This document shows positions 8,814-18,853 of a stretch of DNA of 64,000 bases, one piece after another. This DNA comes from an uncultured delta proteobacterium (GTDB lineage Bacteria; Desulfobacterota; Binatia; UBA9968), in contig CAVYTU010000015.1 of assembly GCA_963771465.1 (NCBI GenBank), positions 1,201,357-1,265,356 of the forward strand. Direction: 5' to 3'. The notes beneath the pieces are model-generated. The model was not told the DNA's origin and did not search any database. It saw only the letters and a list, made by a program, of their open reading frames with translations. The position numbers were made by a program, and so were the translations under genes. Position 1 is the first letter of the stretch. Each line of letters starts with the position of its first letter.

Positions 8814-11140
8814 GGCCGCTGGCACTCTGGGTCGTCAGGAAACGCGTCTTTATCCTCGCCGTTATAATACTGCTGACGCTCCTATTCTCCTATCTCGCGC
8901 TCAGGGCCGAAATCTACACCGCGTTCGCCGACCTCTTGCCAAAGAATCATCCTTACATTCAAGTTCATAATCGCTTCTGGGAAACCTTCGGCGGCGCCAA
9001 CGTCGTGCTGCTTTCGGTGGAAGTCACGGACGGCGACATATTCAACGTGACGGTGTTGGAGAAGATCAAGAAACTTACTGAAATCATCGAGCGCACGCCT
9101 GGGGTGAATAACTATCAAATCTTTTCATTGGCACGCCAGAAGGTCAAAGACGTGCGCGCCACGGCCTGGGGCATCGAGGTGCAACCGGTCATGTGGCCCA
9201 ACGTGCCGCGTAATGGAGAGGAAATCGAACGGCTACGTAATATCGTCTACGCCAATCCCACCATCGTCGGTCGCCTGGTTTCCGAAGACGGCAAGGCAGC
9301 GTTGATTAGCGCCGCATTCCACGAGGAGCGGCTCAATTACGCCGCGCTGTTTGACCGCGTTCAACGGGCGATCAAAGAGTTAGAAGATCCCAAGACTCGC
9401 ATATTCGCCGCCGGCGAACCGATTCTTTACGGTTGGATTTACCATCATCTAGGCGCCATCGGTTTAATCATCGCGCTGACTTGTTTAAGTATTGCGGCGG
9501 TATTGATCCTTTACTACCGCAATTTGAACGGCGTCTTGATCCCGATCATTTCCGCCCTGGTGACGTTTATTTGGGGTACCGGGTTTACCGCGCTACTCGG
9601 TTACAATTTCGAGCCGCTGATCCTTGTCGTGCCGTTTTTGATCGCGGCGCGCACGGTCAGCCATTCGATCCAGTTTCGCGAAAGATTCTTCGAGGAGCTC
9701 GACCGCTACGGCGACAAAGAAAAAGCGGCTATCGAAGCCGCTGCCGGCTTGATGATGCCGAGCGGCGTATCCATCGTAACCGACGCCATCGGCTTAACCG
9801 TGCTTCTCGTCGCGCCGATGCCGATTCTGACCAAGTTGGCGATTTCCGGAAGTTTCTGGGTGCTCAGTAATTTAGTTACCGTGGTGATTCTCGATCCGAT
9901 TCTTTGCTGCTATTTCCCGACGCCGCGTCGACTGGTTCAAGGCGGAGAAGGCCACTGGCTCGACCGGCCGCTGCGCTCCGTGGGAAACTTTTGTGTGCAT
10001 CGACTAGGACGCATGGTCGTGGTGGCTGGCTTTGCCGCGGTGGCGCTTTGGAGTTCGTATTGGTATCAGTTCCTCACCGTTGGCGATTCGCGTCCGGGCT
10101 CGACGCTGCTTTGGCCCGACTCCGAATACAATCAATCCGTGCGCCACATCAATGAAAAGTTTCACGGCACGGATCATCTCTACGTGATCGTCGAAGGCCA
10201 AATCGAGAGCACCATGAAATCGCCCAAGGTGCTGGAGACTATCGAAGCGTTTCAACGCCACATGCTCCGTTCGCCGCATGTCGGCGGCAGCGATTCCCTG
10301 GTGGATCTTACGCGTCAGATCAATACGGTCTTACATTACAACGACCCGCGTTGGGGTCTGTTACCGCGCTCGGGGGAAGACGTTGGCGGCATCGTCATGG
10401 TCGCGGAACACGGCAGCGAACCGGGAGATTTCGACCGCTGGGTCAATTACAATTTTCAGCATGGACGGGTGACGTTTTATCTCTACGACCATAAAGGCGA
10501 CACGCTGCGCGCGGTCATCGAGCGCGCCACGGAATTTATTAAAGACAATCCACTCGACGGCGCCGAGCTCAAGCTCGCCAGCGGCTACGCGGGAGTGTTG
10601 GCGGCCGCCAACGAAGTCATCGCGCGCTCTGATAAACTTACCCTCGGCCTGATGCTGGTCGCCCAGTTGGTGTTTTGCGCCTTGGGCTTTGGCTCTCTAG
10701 CCGCCGGCTTGCTGTTCGTCGGCGTCGTATTGCTGTCAAATACATTTGGCATGGCGCTGATGGCCTACTGGGGCGTGGGACTGAACGTGAATACCTTGCC
10801 GGTCATCAGCTTAGGAATCGGTTTCGGTGAAGACTATGGGATTTACATAGTCTCGCGTGCCATCGAAGAGTATCAACGCCAAGGCGGCCGCGACCTAAAT
10901 CGCGCTTTGGTCGACGGCGTTACTACGGCAGGGAAGGCGGTATTATTTACCGCGTTTCTGATTTCCGCCGGCATCGCGCTATGGTCATTCTCACCGCTGC
11001 GATTTCAGGCTGAAATGGGTTGGCAGTTATTGATTATTTTATCCATGAACATGCTCGGCGGTTTGTTTTTACTGCCCGCGCTGATCGCTCTGTTAAAGCC
11101 TAAATTTATCGTCGGAGCAGCCCATGAGCAAAACAAATAA
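8810..11140 (+). CDS. RND/MMPL-family transporter
   Basis: Two TM clusters with large loops; GIGFGEDYGIY; ATGA overlap with upstream gene. Confidence 0.9.
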   Translation: MRPLALWVVRKRVFILAVIILLTLLFSYLALRAEIYTAFADLLPKNHPYIQVHNRFWETFGGANVVLLSVEVTDGDIFNVTVLEKIKKLTEIIERTPGVNNYQIFSLARQKVKDVRATAWGIEVQPVMWPNVPRNGEEIERLRNIVYANPTIVGRLVSEDGKAALISAAFHEERLNYAALFDRVQRAIKELEDPKTRIFAAGEPILYGWIYHHLGAIGLIIALTCLSIAAVLILYYRNLNGVLIPIISALVTFIWGTGFTALLGYNFEPLILVVPFLIAARTVSHSIQFRERFFEELDRYGDKEKAAIEAAAGLMMPSGVSIVTDAIGLTVLLVAPMPILTKLAISGSFWVLSNLVTVVILDPILCCYFPTPRRLVQGGEGHWLDRPLRSVGNFCVHRLGRMVVVAGFAAVALWSSYWYQFLTVGDSRPGSTLLWPDSEYNQSVRHINEKFHGTDHLYVIVEGQIESTMKSPKVLETIEAFQRHMLRSPHVGGSDSLVDLTRQINTVLHYNDPRWGLLPRSGEDVGGIVMVAEHGSEPGDFDRWVNYNFQHGRVTFYLYDHKGDTLRAVIERATEFIKDNPLDGAELKLASGYAGVLAAANEVIARSDKLTLGLMLVAQLVFCALGFGSLAAGLLFVGVVLLSNTFGMALMAYWGVGLNVNTLPVISLGIGFGEDYGIYIVSRAIEEYQRQGGRDLNRALVDGVTTAGKAVLFTAFLISAGIALWSFSPLRFQAEMGWQLLIILSMNMLGGLFLLPALIALLKPKFIVGAAHEQNK

Positions 11141-12134
11141 CTTGCCGCGCACCGAGTTCATGGTCGCCATCGTCGCGGCCTTGCTCTCCACCGCACCGAT
11201 CTGCCTGGCCGCGACAAAAGTACGGCTGGCCCAGCCGACCATCGCGGTCATGTATGCACCGCTTTATTTTGGCGCCAAGCAGGGAATACTTACCAGCGAA
11301 GGGCTTGAGCTCGAGTTCATGACGATGCGCACGGACTTGGCCATCGCGGCTTTAGGCGCCGGCGAGGTCGACTACATCGCCCACGGCGGTGCTGCATTAC
11401 GCGCCGCCGCTCAGGGTTTTCCACTCAAGTTAGTTTTCGCCCTGGACCACAAGACACCATTTTGGTTGGCGGCCCGTGCGGAGTTGAAAAATGTTGCGCA
11501 ACTTAAAGGGAAAAAGATCGGCATCAGTTTTCCCGCCGACACACCTCACATCATTCTTAAGCGCTTTTTGCGCCAGCGCCAGATCGATCCCGATCGCGAC
11601 GTCACCTATGTCGCCGGCCAGTTCTCACCTATAGGTCTGCAAAGCCTTTTGGTAGGCGTGCTCGACGCCGCGGTGCTGGCGCCGCCGTTCAATGTCTTGG
11701 CCGAGGAGAAAGGTCTCAACCTGCTCTCCTATCTCGGCCAGTCGGTGCCCGATGCGGCGGTTTCCAACGGTATCGTCACTAGCGATCAAAAAATTAAATC
11801 TCGGCCTGAAGAAGTGCAACGAATGGTTCGGGCAAGTCTCAAAGCGCTTTACGCCTATCGCCGAGACAAGTTAGCAGCTATCGAATTTCTTGCCGGCCAC
11901 TTCGAGATATCGGCCAAAACCGCCGCCAAGGTCTATCCCAACGCGGTCGACATACTCACTTCAGACGGACAAATCAGCCAAGAAAAACTCCGTCAGATAC
12001 TCGACATGATGCAAGATACCGGCAGGAAAGAACCGTCATCGATCCTTCCCAACGAGCTGCTGAATTTCTCATTTTTGCATGCCGCTCAGAAAGAGATCGC
12101 TGCAGCCGCTAGCGGCGTTAAGCGACTGCGGTGA
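11124..12134 (+). CDS. ABC transporter substrate-binding protein (NMT1/THI5/TauA-like)
   Basis: EGLELE, ALGAGEVD, LKGKKIGIS and DPDRDV motifs. Confidence 0.85.
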   Translation: MSKTNNLPRTEFMVAIVAALLSTAPICLAATKVRLAQPTIAVMYAPLYFGAKQGILTSEGLELEFMTMRTDLAIAALGAGEVDYIAHGGAALRAAAQGFPLKLVFALDHKTPFWLAARAELKNVAQLKGKKIGISFPADTPHIILKRFLRQRQIDPDRDVTYVAGQFSPIGLQSLLVGVLDAAVLAPPFNVLAEEKGLNLLSYLGQSVPDAAVSNGIVTSDQKIKSRPEEVQRMVRASLKALYAYRRDKLAAIEFLAGHFEISAKTAAKVYPNAVDILTSDGQISQEKLRQILDMMQDTGRKEPSSILPNELLNFSFLHAAQKEIAAAASGVKRLR

Positions 12135-12240
12135 ATGCTGAAGGATTCAATCCCTAAATTCCTGGGTCAGACGGACTACGGTCGAGTGATAGATGGGTGT
12201 CTCTACCGTCGTATGCGCAGCTAACAACAAAAGTCCGCAG

Positions 12241-12813
12241 CTAGGATGCTTTAACTTCAAAATCATAGGCCAGCTCCAGCAGTTGCACGAGGATTCTCGC
12301 CGTCACGCCCCACACGTCCCAGCCGTTGACGTAAAAATGATAGCTGGGATGGCCGCCCGGGGACAATCGATCGTCGAGTACAAAATTGCGCCGCTCCATC
12401 AGCGATCGAATCGGCACCGACGCCACTGCCGCAGTCTCCCGCGGGTCCATGCGAAACTCGTAGTGCGCCGGAATCACGCCCACCACCGGCGTAACGACCA
12501 AACCATAGCCCGCGGTAAATTCATCCAAGCGGCCGAGTATCGTCACTTGCGCCGGATCGATGCCGATCTCTTCCTCGCTTTCGCGTAGCGCGGTGTGAAC
12601 AATATCCTTGTCGCCGGCATGGACCCGGCCGCCGGGAAAAGCGATTTGTCCTTTGTGCGTTGGCAAGTGATCACCGCGCTGTGTGAGCACGAGATAATCG
12701 CCGTCCAGCCGTTGTTGAATCGGGATTAACACCGCCGCCGGCTTGTGGCCGTTGCCCGCGATGATTTCTGGTGTGCGCGATTTCAGAACGGCGGTAAATT
12801 TGTCGGCGACCAT
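12241..12813 (-). CDS. Nudix CoA pyrophosphatase (NudL/PCD1-like)
   Basis: AAVL, HKGQIAFPGG, TALRESEEEIG and VWGVTA motifs. Confidence 0.92.
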   Translation of the reverse strand: MVADKFTAVLKSRTPEIIAGNGHKPAAVLIPIQQRLDGDYLVLTQRGDHLPTHKGQIAFPGGRVHAGDKDIVHTALRESEEEIGIDPAQVTILGRLDEFTAGYGLVVTPVVGVIPAHYEFRMDPRETAAVASVPIRSLMERRNFVLDDRLSPGGHPSYHFYVNGWDVWGVTARILVQLLELAYDFEVKAS

Positions 12814-12895
12814 GAATAGAGAAACTTTTGACCTATGCGCGATCTATGATAGATACGTTTCAATCTAGCCAAACGAAAGGCAAAACACTAGCATC

Positions 12896-13552
12896 GTGAT
12901 CGACCGCGACATCCATGCCGCCGTTCGCATTCTGCGCCGCGAAGTGCCCAAGTGGGACACGCCGGTCGTAACGCTGATGGCCGAAACCTATGAAAGTCCG
13001 TTTCGCGTCCTGATCTCCTGTATTCTCAGCCTACGCACCCAAGACGCGACCACGGCGCAGGCTTCACACCGTTTATTCGCCGTCGCCGATTCGCCGCAAG
13101 CGATGATCAAGCTCAGCGCGAAGAAAATCGCCAAGCTTATCTATCCCGTCGGCTTCTACAAAACCAAAGCAAAAAATATTCTCGACATCTGCCGGACGAT
13201 CATCGCTGATTACAACGGCAAGGTTCCCGACGAAATCGACGAGCTGCTAAAGTTCAAAGGCGTCGGACGAAAGACCGCGAATCTCGTCGTCACCCTTGGC
13301 TACGACAAGCCCGGCATCTGCGTCGACACCCATGTGCACCGGATTTCCAACCGCTGGGGTTATGTCAAAACCAAGACGCCCGAGAAGACCGAAGTCGCTC
13401 TGCGCGCTAAGCTGCCTAAACAGTATTGGATCGAATACAACAATCTTTTAGTAAACTTCGGCCAACATCTATGCCGGCCGATCTCGCCGGTGTGCAGTGA
13501 GTGTCTGGTCAAGAAATACTGCAAGCAGATCGGCGTCGGTGTGAGGCGATGA
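12896..13552 (+). CDS. nth: Endonuclease III
   Basis: HhH GVGRKTAN, VDTHVHR and C-terminal 4Fe-4S Cys cluster. Confidence 0.93.
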   Translation: MIDRDIHAAVRILRREVPKWDTPVVTLMAETYESPFRVLISCILSLRTQDATTAQASHRLFAVADSPQAMIKLSAKKIAKLIYPVGFYKTKAKNILDICRTIIADYNGKVPDEIDELLKFKGVGRKTANLVVTLGYDKPGICVDTHVHRISNRWGYVKTKTPEKTEVALRAKLPKQYWIEYNNLLVNFGQHLCRPISPVCSECLVKKYCKQIGVGVRR

Positions 13553-14787
13553 CCATGGCGCAGCAAATTCCCAAAGGTTATTTTGCAAAAAATATTGACG
13601 CCGTCGGTTATCACGATTTGAACGGCAAGCCGGCCTTCAAGCTGGCGCTGCAGGAAAAAAATCATCGTTGGTATCTTTATGTCGCTCACCTTTGGCACCG
13701 CGGCTGGAGCGTGCTCGACGTCAGCGATCCGGCCGCGCCGGAATATCGTTCTTACATTCCTGGTCCGGAAAACACCTGGACGATTCAGATCCAGGTGGCC
13801 GATGGCAAAATGATCACGGGCTTGGAAAGAATTGCGCCCGGCTGGGGCGGCACGGACGGCCAACCGGCGGCGGAAGGATTTTTCATTTTTGATGTCGACG
13901 AGCCGACCCAGCCGAAACAGATCGGCCACTTCAAAACCGGCAGCACCGGCACGCACAGAAATTTCTACGACGGCGGCAATCTGGTCCACGCTGCCGCCGG
14001 CGCGCCGGGACTCAATGGAAAAATTTATCGAAGCGTCGATATCTCCGATTCGAGCAACCCGCGCGAGGTTGGCCGCTTCTCCCTTGCCGAACAAGCACCG
14101 GGCGCGATTACGAATGGCCTAAAATTTTCTTGCCATGGCCCGGCGCATATCGAAGGCAACCGCGCCTATCTTTCCTACGGCGACGGCGGCGGCATCATCC
14201 TCGACGTATCCGACATGGCGCAGCCGAAAATGATCAGCCAGCTCGCCTTTCGCGGCATCACGGCGACACAAGGAATCCATACTTATCTGCCGTTGCCGCG
14301 GCGCAAGATCGCCTTGATCAATGACGAAGCGATCCGCGAGAACGGCGATGAGAATCTCAATCTGGCCGGCATTGTCGACATCAGCGATGAAAAACGCCCG
14401 CGCATGCTGTCGCTCTTGCCGCTGCCCGAACCGCCGGTTGAGAGTGAATTGAAGAATTTCTACGAGAAAGCCGGCCGCTTCGGTCCACATAACCATCATC
14501 ACCCCAACCACCAAGCCTGTCTCGAAGATCGCGACGACGTTGCCTACCTAACCTATTTCAATGCCGGCCTGCGCGTGTATGACATCCGCGATGCTCGCCA
14601 GCCGAAAGAGATCGGCTATTTCGTGCCGGCCGATCCGCTGGTGAGAATCGGCACCAAGCCAAGCCAGCTCGTCGCCCAATCCGAAGACGTGCTGGTCGAT
14701 CGGCGCGGCTGTATCTATCTAAGCGACAAGACTCACGGCATTCACATCCTGCGCCTCGACAACATCTGGCCGTACCAAAGCGCGTAA
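13549..14787 (+). CDS. LVIVD-repeat beta-propeller protein
   Basis: Repeated LDVSDP.P / VDISD; YFNAGLRVYDIRD; His-rich RFGPHNHHH; ATGA overlap with nth. Confidence 0.8.
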   Translation: MTMAQQIPKGYFAKNIDAVGYHDLNGKPAFKLALQEKNHRWYLYVAHLWHRGWSVLDVSDPAAPEYRSYIPGPENTWTIQIQVADGKMITGLERIAPGWGGTDGQPAAEGFFIFDVDEPTQPKQIGHFKTGSTGTHRNFYDGGNLVHAAAGAPGLNGKIYRSVDISDSSNPREVGRFSLAEQAPGAITNGLKFSCHGPAHIEGNRAYLSYGDGGGIILDVSDMAQPKMISQLAFRGITATQGIHTYLPLPRRKIALINDEAIRENGDENLNLAGIVDISDEKRPRMLSLLPLPEPPVESELKNFYEKAGRFGPHNHHHPNHQACLEDRDDVAYLTYFNAGLRVYDIRDARQPKEIGYFVPADPLVRIGTKPSQLVAQSEDVLVDRRGCIYLSDKTHGIHILRLDNIWPYQSA

Positions 14788-14813
14788 AAAAAACGCGCGG
14801 CCAAAAGCCGCGC
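14786..14813 (-). terminator. Rho-independent terminator for the minus-strand SDR operon
   Basis: Minus strand reads GCGCGGC-TTTTG-GCCGCGC-G-TTTTTTTT. Confidence 0.75.
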
Positions 14814-14857
14814 CTAACTTCACTGCAATCAAGTAAGCAGTTAATGGTCAACTGGAT

Positions 14858-15181
14858 CTAAGGCTTCATCGACTCGGGAAAATATTTCGACGGCGCCCAA
14901 ACGTTGGCGGTGAAGTTATTGCAGCCTAGGATGCGCAGCTCGCGCATAATGCGAATATAATCTTGCGAGTCGATGAAGTCGCGCCAATTGTCCAAGGTCT
15001 CAAAATCGATGGTGATGGCGACGTGGGGCGTGACTTCAAGCGGATTGCGATAATTGCGAATCTCGATCACGCCTTTATGCGCCAAGGTGACCGGCAGCCA
15101 ATCGTTCTTGGCTTTATTCGCGTAGACCGTCAGGTTCGCCTTCTGATCCGGCAGATCCCACTGGATAACGAAATGAACCAT
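14858..15181 (-). CDS. Hypothetical protein, possibly dimeric alpha/beta-barrel
   Basis: 107 aa; start overlaps the SDR stop. Confidence 0.7.
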   Translation of the reverse strand: MVHFVIQWDLPDQKANLTVYANKAKNDWLPVTLAHKGVIEIRNYRNPLEVTPHVAITIDFETLDNWRDFIDSQDYIRIMRELRILGCNNFTANVWAPSKYFPESMKP

Positions 15182-15972
15182 TATTGAATCCCCCTGACCA
15201 AACCTCCGTCGATTTGAATCGTCGTGCCGGTGATATAACTGGCGCGATCCGAGCCCAGAAAAACGATCAGGTCCGCGGTCTCCTCCGCCGTGCCGTAACG
15301 GCCCAGAGGCACTTCGGCGGCCATCTCTTTATTGATCTCTTCCACCGGGCGGCCAACCCGTTCAGCGCGCGCCTTGTTGAGCTTTTGCGCCCGGTCCGTA
15401 TCGATGCGGCCGGGGCAAACGTTGTTGATCAGAATGTTATCGCGGCCGAGCTCACGGGAAATAGTTTTCGCCATGCCGATGACGCTGCTGCGGATACCGT
15501 TTGAAAGCACCAATCCGGCGATGGGCTCCTTGACCGAGTACGAAGTAATATTGATCACCCGGCCGCCGCCGACCTTGCGCATATGCGGCACCGCTTCGCG
15601 GGTCATGCGCATGGTGCTCATGAAACTCAAGTTAAATGCGTTGCTCCAGTCCTCGTCGGTAAATTTCATGAACTCGCCCGGCGGCGGACCGCCGGCGTTG
15701 TTGACGATTACATCGATGCGGCCGAAGTGTTTGGCGCTGTCATTGACAAATTTTTTGATATCGTCCGCCTTCGACATGTCGGCAACCATCGCGACAACTT
15801 CGCCGCCGGTCTGTTTGCGAATCGCCTCCGCCGCTTCGTTAAGCGCGGCTTCGCCGCGAGCGCAGATCGCAACTCGAGCGCCTTCGCGCGCAAACCCCAT
15901 GGCCGTCGCTCGTCCCATGCCCTGGCTCGCCCCGGCGACCAGCGCCACTTTACCTTTCAATCCGAGATCCAT
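15181..15972 (-). CDS. SDR family oxidoreductase
   Basis: GASQGMG, NNAGGPPPG, PGRIDTDR and IDGG motifs. Confidence 0.93.
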   Translation of the reverse strand: MDLGLKGKVALVAGASQGMGRATAMGFAREGARVAICARGEAALNEAAEAIRKQTGGEVVAMVADMSKADDIKKFVNDSAKHFGRIDVIVNNAGGPPPGEFMKFTDEDWSNAFNLSFMSTMRMTREAVPHMRKVGGGRVINITSYSVKEPIAGLVLSNGIRSSVIGMAKTISRELGRDNILINNVCPGRIDTDRAQKLNKARAERVGRPVEEINKEMAAEVPLGRYGTAEETADLIVFLGSDRASYITGTTIQIDGGLVRGIQ

Positions 15973-16068
15973 TGTTAGTTAATCCTCCGGAACTTTTTCA
16001 GTCTGCGGGATAGTAGCAAACCCGATAAGGTGGGTCAAAAACTAACGCAGCGATACTGCCAAAAAAAA

Positions 16069-16314
16069 TTACTTTTGTGCCCAGTAAATATTGTCGCGAA
16101 ACTGTGGATTGAGTCGCTTGATATAGAGACAGAGCATGCCGTGTACCCCAAGTTGGCGCAGTTTACGCGGATCACCAGCGCGTAGCGCGTCTTTCTCCTC
16201 ACTCGACAAATCGTATTCGCCCATCACAGTTTCAAAGTCTTTTAACGACCTCTGATAAGTTGATTCGTTCATTTTTAGGTCGAAAAGCAGGCGGCTCAAA
16301 TGGTAGCAGCTCAC
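16069..16314 (-). CDS. LigA-like extradiol dioxygenase alpha subunit
   Basis: YDLSSEEKDAL..GD...L..LGVH; adjacent to a LigB-like gene. Confidence 0.75.
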   Translation of the reverse strand: MSCYHLSRLLFDLKMNESTYQRSLKDFETVMGEYDLSSEEKDALRAGDPRKLRQLGVHGMLCLYIKRLNPQFRDNIYWAQK

Positions 16315-16364
16315 AGGACCTCCAAGAAACGTGCCGGTTCCGAGTCACAATTAAAAAATGAAAT

Positions 16365-17234
16365 TTAATTTTGAAGCTTCCAACTGACAAATCCCCAGCC
16401 GGTGGCGACAAAATCCGGCATGTAAGCCGTGTAGCTTGCTTTGGCATCGCCGATGGCACCGACCACGACCATCCAGTTGAGAAACTCGCTGTCGCCCGCC
16501 TGCAAAAGATCTTGGACTGAATAGTCGACCAAGCTCTTGCCATTTCCCTGACGCATCACGTCGAGCAGTTTATGATCGAAGCTCTCGTCGATCTCGCCGA
16601 TCCGCGGCGAACCGGGAAAGTGCGATAGCCCGCCGGTGGCGAGAATCGCAACGCGCTCTGGTGATCGGTCCGCCACGGCGCGGATGAGTTCGCCGACTTG
16701 ATAGCAACGGCGCGGCGACGGCGCGGGGTCGACCCAAGTATTGACGTAAATCGGCAGGATCGGAATCGTCGGCTTGGGCAGCAAAAAATAGAGCGGCACG
16801 TTTTGCGTGTGCTGCAGCTCGATATGTTCGCCGTAAGAGAAATCGATTCCATTTTCCATGCCAGCCCGAACGATCGCTTTGCCGAGCTCTTTGTGATTCT
16901 TGTAATGAAATTTGTGCTGCGTGAATTGGCCCTTTACTTCGTCGCCGACGGTGACAAAAAAAGTCGGAATGTTGTTCCAGAAAAAATTGACGAACTGATC
17001 GTTCGCCACAACAATCAAAACCTCCGGCTTGGCTTGTTCTAAGTCCGCGCGCAGAACCGCAAACGCTTTTTCAGCGTCTTGACGCAGTTTCTTCTGTTGC
17101 TCGAAGGTCGGCCGGCTCGCCGAGCCGGAGGGCGCCATGCTGTAGTGGAGATCCATGAAATCTTCCCACTCACGGCCCGGTTCGAGCAGAATATTTGGCG
17201 CATGACTCGCGGCCAAAGCGGATACCAGGGGCAT
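16365..17234 (-). CDS. LigB-like class III extradiol dioxygenase
   Basis: AASHAP, ATGGLSH, IDESFD and EFLNW motifs; start at MPLVS. Confidence 0.85.
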   Translation of the reverse strand: MPLVSALAASHAPNILLEPGREWEDFMDLHYSMAPSGSASRPTFEQQKKLRQDAEKAFAVLRADLEQAKPEVLIVVANDQFVNFFWNNIPTFFVTVGDEVKGQFTQHKFHYKNHKELGKAIVRAGMENGIDFSYGEHIELQHTQNVPLYFLLPKPTIPILPIYVNTWVDPAPSPRRCYQVGELIRAVADRSPERVAILATGGLSHFPGSPRIGEIDESFDHKLLDVMRQGNGKSLVDYSVQDLLQAGDSEFLNWMVVVGAIGDAKASYTAYMPDFVATGWGFVSWKLQN

Positions 17235-17398
17235 AAGACAACTCCTCAGTGAAGCGAAAAAAATCCTATGCCCCGACCTGGGAAAATGCAACCGGGAAAA
17301 TAGCGCGAAACGAAGACAAAGATCAGTAAGAATTTCGCAAATCGCGGGCAAGAAAAATTGCCCTAACACGGAGCGGGAGCCGCGGCGCCGACGCCACG

Positions 17399-17545
17399 CT
17401 AAAGCATGCGGTAATTACGAGCGGCAAAAAATACCATCACGACGACAGCCGCCACCGAAATGATCGGGTGGTCTATCACCCAATGGAGGGCCGGTTCAAA
17501 TACGTATTTCAGCGAGTAGTCGAGACCTTTACCGAGTTTATCCAT
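17399..17545 (-). CDS. Small (48 aa) single-TM protein, absent from the ORF track
   Basis: MDKLGKGLDYSLKYVFEPALHWVIDHPIISVAAVVVMVFFAARNYRML; AGAGG RBS. Confidence 0.6.
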   Translation of the reverse strand: MDKLGKGLDYSLKYVFEPALHWVIDHPIISVAAVVVMVFFAARNYRML

Positions 17546-17900
17546 TCGTAGCCTCTTTTCTTGGTTGCGCTATTCTAGCAAACCCCTGGGGAGCCGCAAA
17601 GGCATTTTATTAGGGTGAATCATACCATTCCGCGCCAAATTTTCTGTGATGCGAGTGACTTTGGTGGATCAGAAAAGCGCTTTAACCCACATAAAGGTAA
17701 ATTCAATGTCATCACGAACAATACTGCTCAGCAATGGACAAACCTGAACGGTATCTTCGGGTTTAGTGGCGTTAGGGCTACCATAACTGACTGAAAGATC
17801 CTTGAAATCATGGGAGTTTTCGCATGCCGCAAAACAATTGGGAGCTTGGCATCCCGGTTGCTCTATCGGTGGAATATCAAATCCATTGAAGGAGCATCCG

Positions 17901-18050
17901 ATGAAAATTTTACTCGCGACTATGTTTAAAAAAATGCCGGTGCGCAAGACCAAACAGCGCGCGACCATATGCAAGCGTTGCGGCACGAGAATCTATTCGA
18001 TGAGCTTTTTAAAAGTTCATCTCGAGTCCCATGATCGCAGCACGCACTAG
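17901..18050 (+). CDS. Small protein with a C2H2 zinc-finger motif
   Basis: AAGGAG RBS; CKRCGTRIYSMSFLKVHLESH = C-x2-C-x12-H-x3-H. Confidence 0.55.
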   Translation: MKILLATMFKKMPVRKTKQRATICKRCGTRIYSMSFLKVHLESHDRSTH

Positions 18051-18080
18051 AAATCCGATTTAGACGCAGGAGAAAAAAAC

Positions 18081-18224
18081 ATGAACTTCGCTGTAATACC
18101 TTGGCAGGTTTTTCTCGACGCACTGCAAAAGCAGCAATCCACTAATCTGGAAGCTTGGCTGCGTCGTTGGCTCTTCACCAACGAAGGCGTGCTATTGGCG
18201 CATCAGCAGACCGAAACCAATTAA
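18081..18224 (+). CDS. Small hypothetical protein (47 aa), absent from the ORF track
   Basis: AGGAG RBS; MNFAVIPWQVFLDALQKQQSTNLEAWLRRWLFTNEGVLLAHQQTETN. Confidence 0.5.
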   Translation: MNFAVIPWQVFLDALQKQQSTNLEAWLRRWLFTNEGVLLAHQQTETN

Positions 18225-18248
18225 CCCTGGGAACAGGCGCCGCGCGCC

Positions 18249-18569
18249 ATGAAGAAACAGAAACCGGACAAGGACCGAAGTGAATCGGCCACCAAGCGTC
18301 AGCTTTGCAGCCATGCGCACGCCGTGATCGTCAATCCGAGTGAACGTGAACTGCGCGAGTTCGAAGCGATGCTAGCCGGTTGTCCGAACTGTAGCCGCTG
18401 GTCACCCGGCGACGGCCCGATCATGGCGGTATTGTCGACTGAGACAGCCAGCTTGAATGATGACAGCAAAGGGTTTCGGTTAGTTGTCGGGTGCAACAGA
18501 ATGCAAAGACAATCTCCAAAAAATCGATTGGCTAGCCCGTTCGACATCAACTGGAACAAGTTGAAATGA
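18249..18569 (+). CDS. Cys-containing hypothetical protein
   Basis: CSH, CPNC and C residues; ATGA overlap with the next ORF. Confidence 0.55.
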   Translation: MKKQKPDKDRSESATKRQLCSHAHAVIVNPSERELREFEAMLAGCPNCSRWSPGDGPIMAVLSTETASLNDDSKGFRLVVGCNRMQRQSPKNRLASPFDINWNKLK

Positions 18570-18853
18570 ACAACGAGGAACGAATGGAAGCAGTAAAAAT
18601 CATCATGCCCACCGTCGAACACAAACCTTGCGTGTGCAGCGCTACACTCCGCCGTTCGATTGTGACGACAAGCCGGCGCAAGTCGGAGGTCTGGTTATGC
18701 ACCAACCACTGCGGCGCCCGCGGCTTAACCTACGAAGGCGCGCTCAGACGCAAAGTCCGCTTGGATTTGCTCAGTTGGGGCGACCTCCGGCGCAACGCGC
18801 AAACACTGATCGAAGCTGAAAACGAAGACCAAGATATTTGTACCTTACAGTAG
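18566..18853 (+). CDS. Cys-containing hypothetical protein (zinc-ribbon-like)
   Basis: CVC...CTNHC; translationally coupled. Confidence 0.55.
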   Translation: MNNEERMEAVKIIMPTVEHKPCVCSATLRRSIVTTSRRKSEVWLCTNHCGARGLTYEGALRRKVRLDLLSWGDLRRNAQTLIEAENEDQDICTLQ

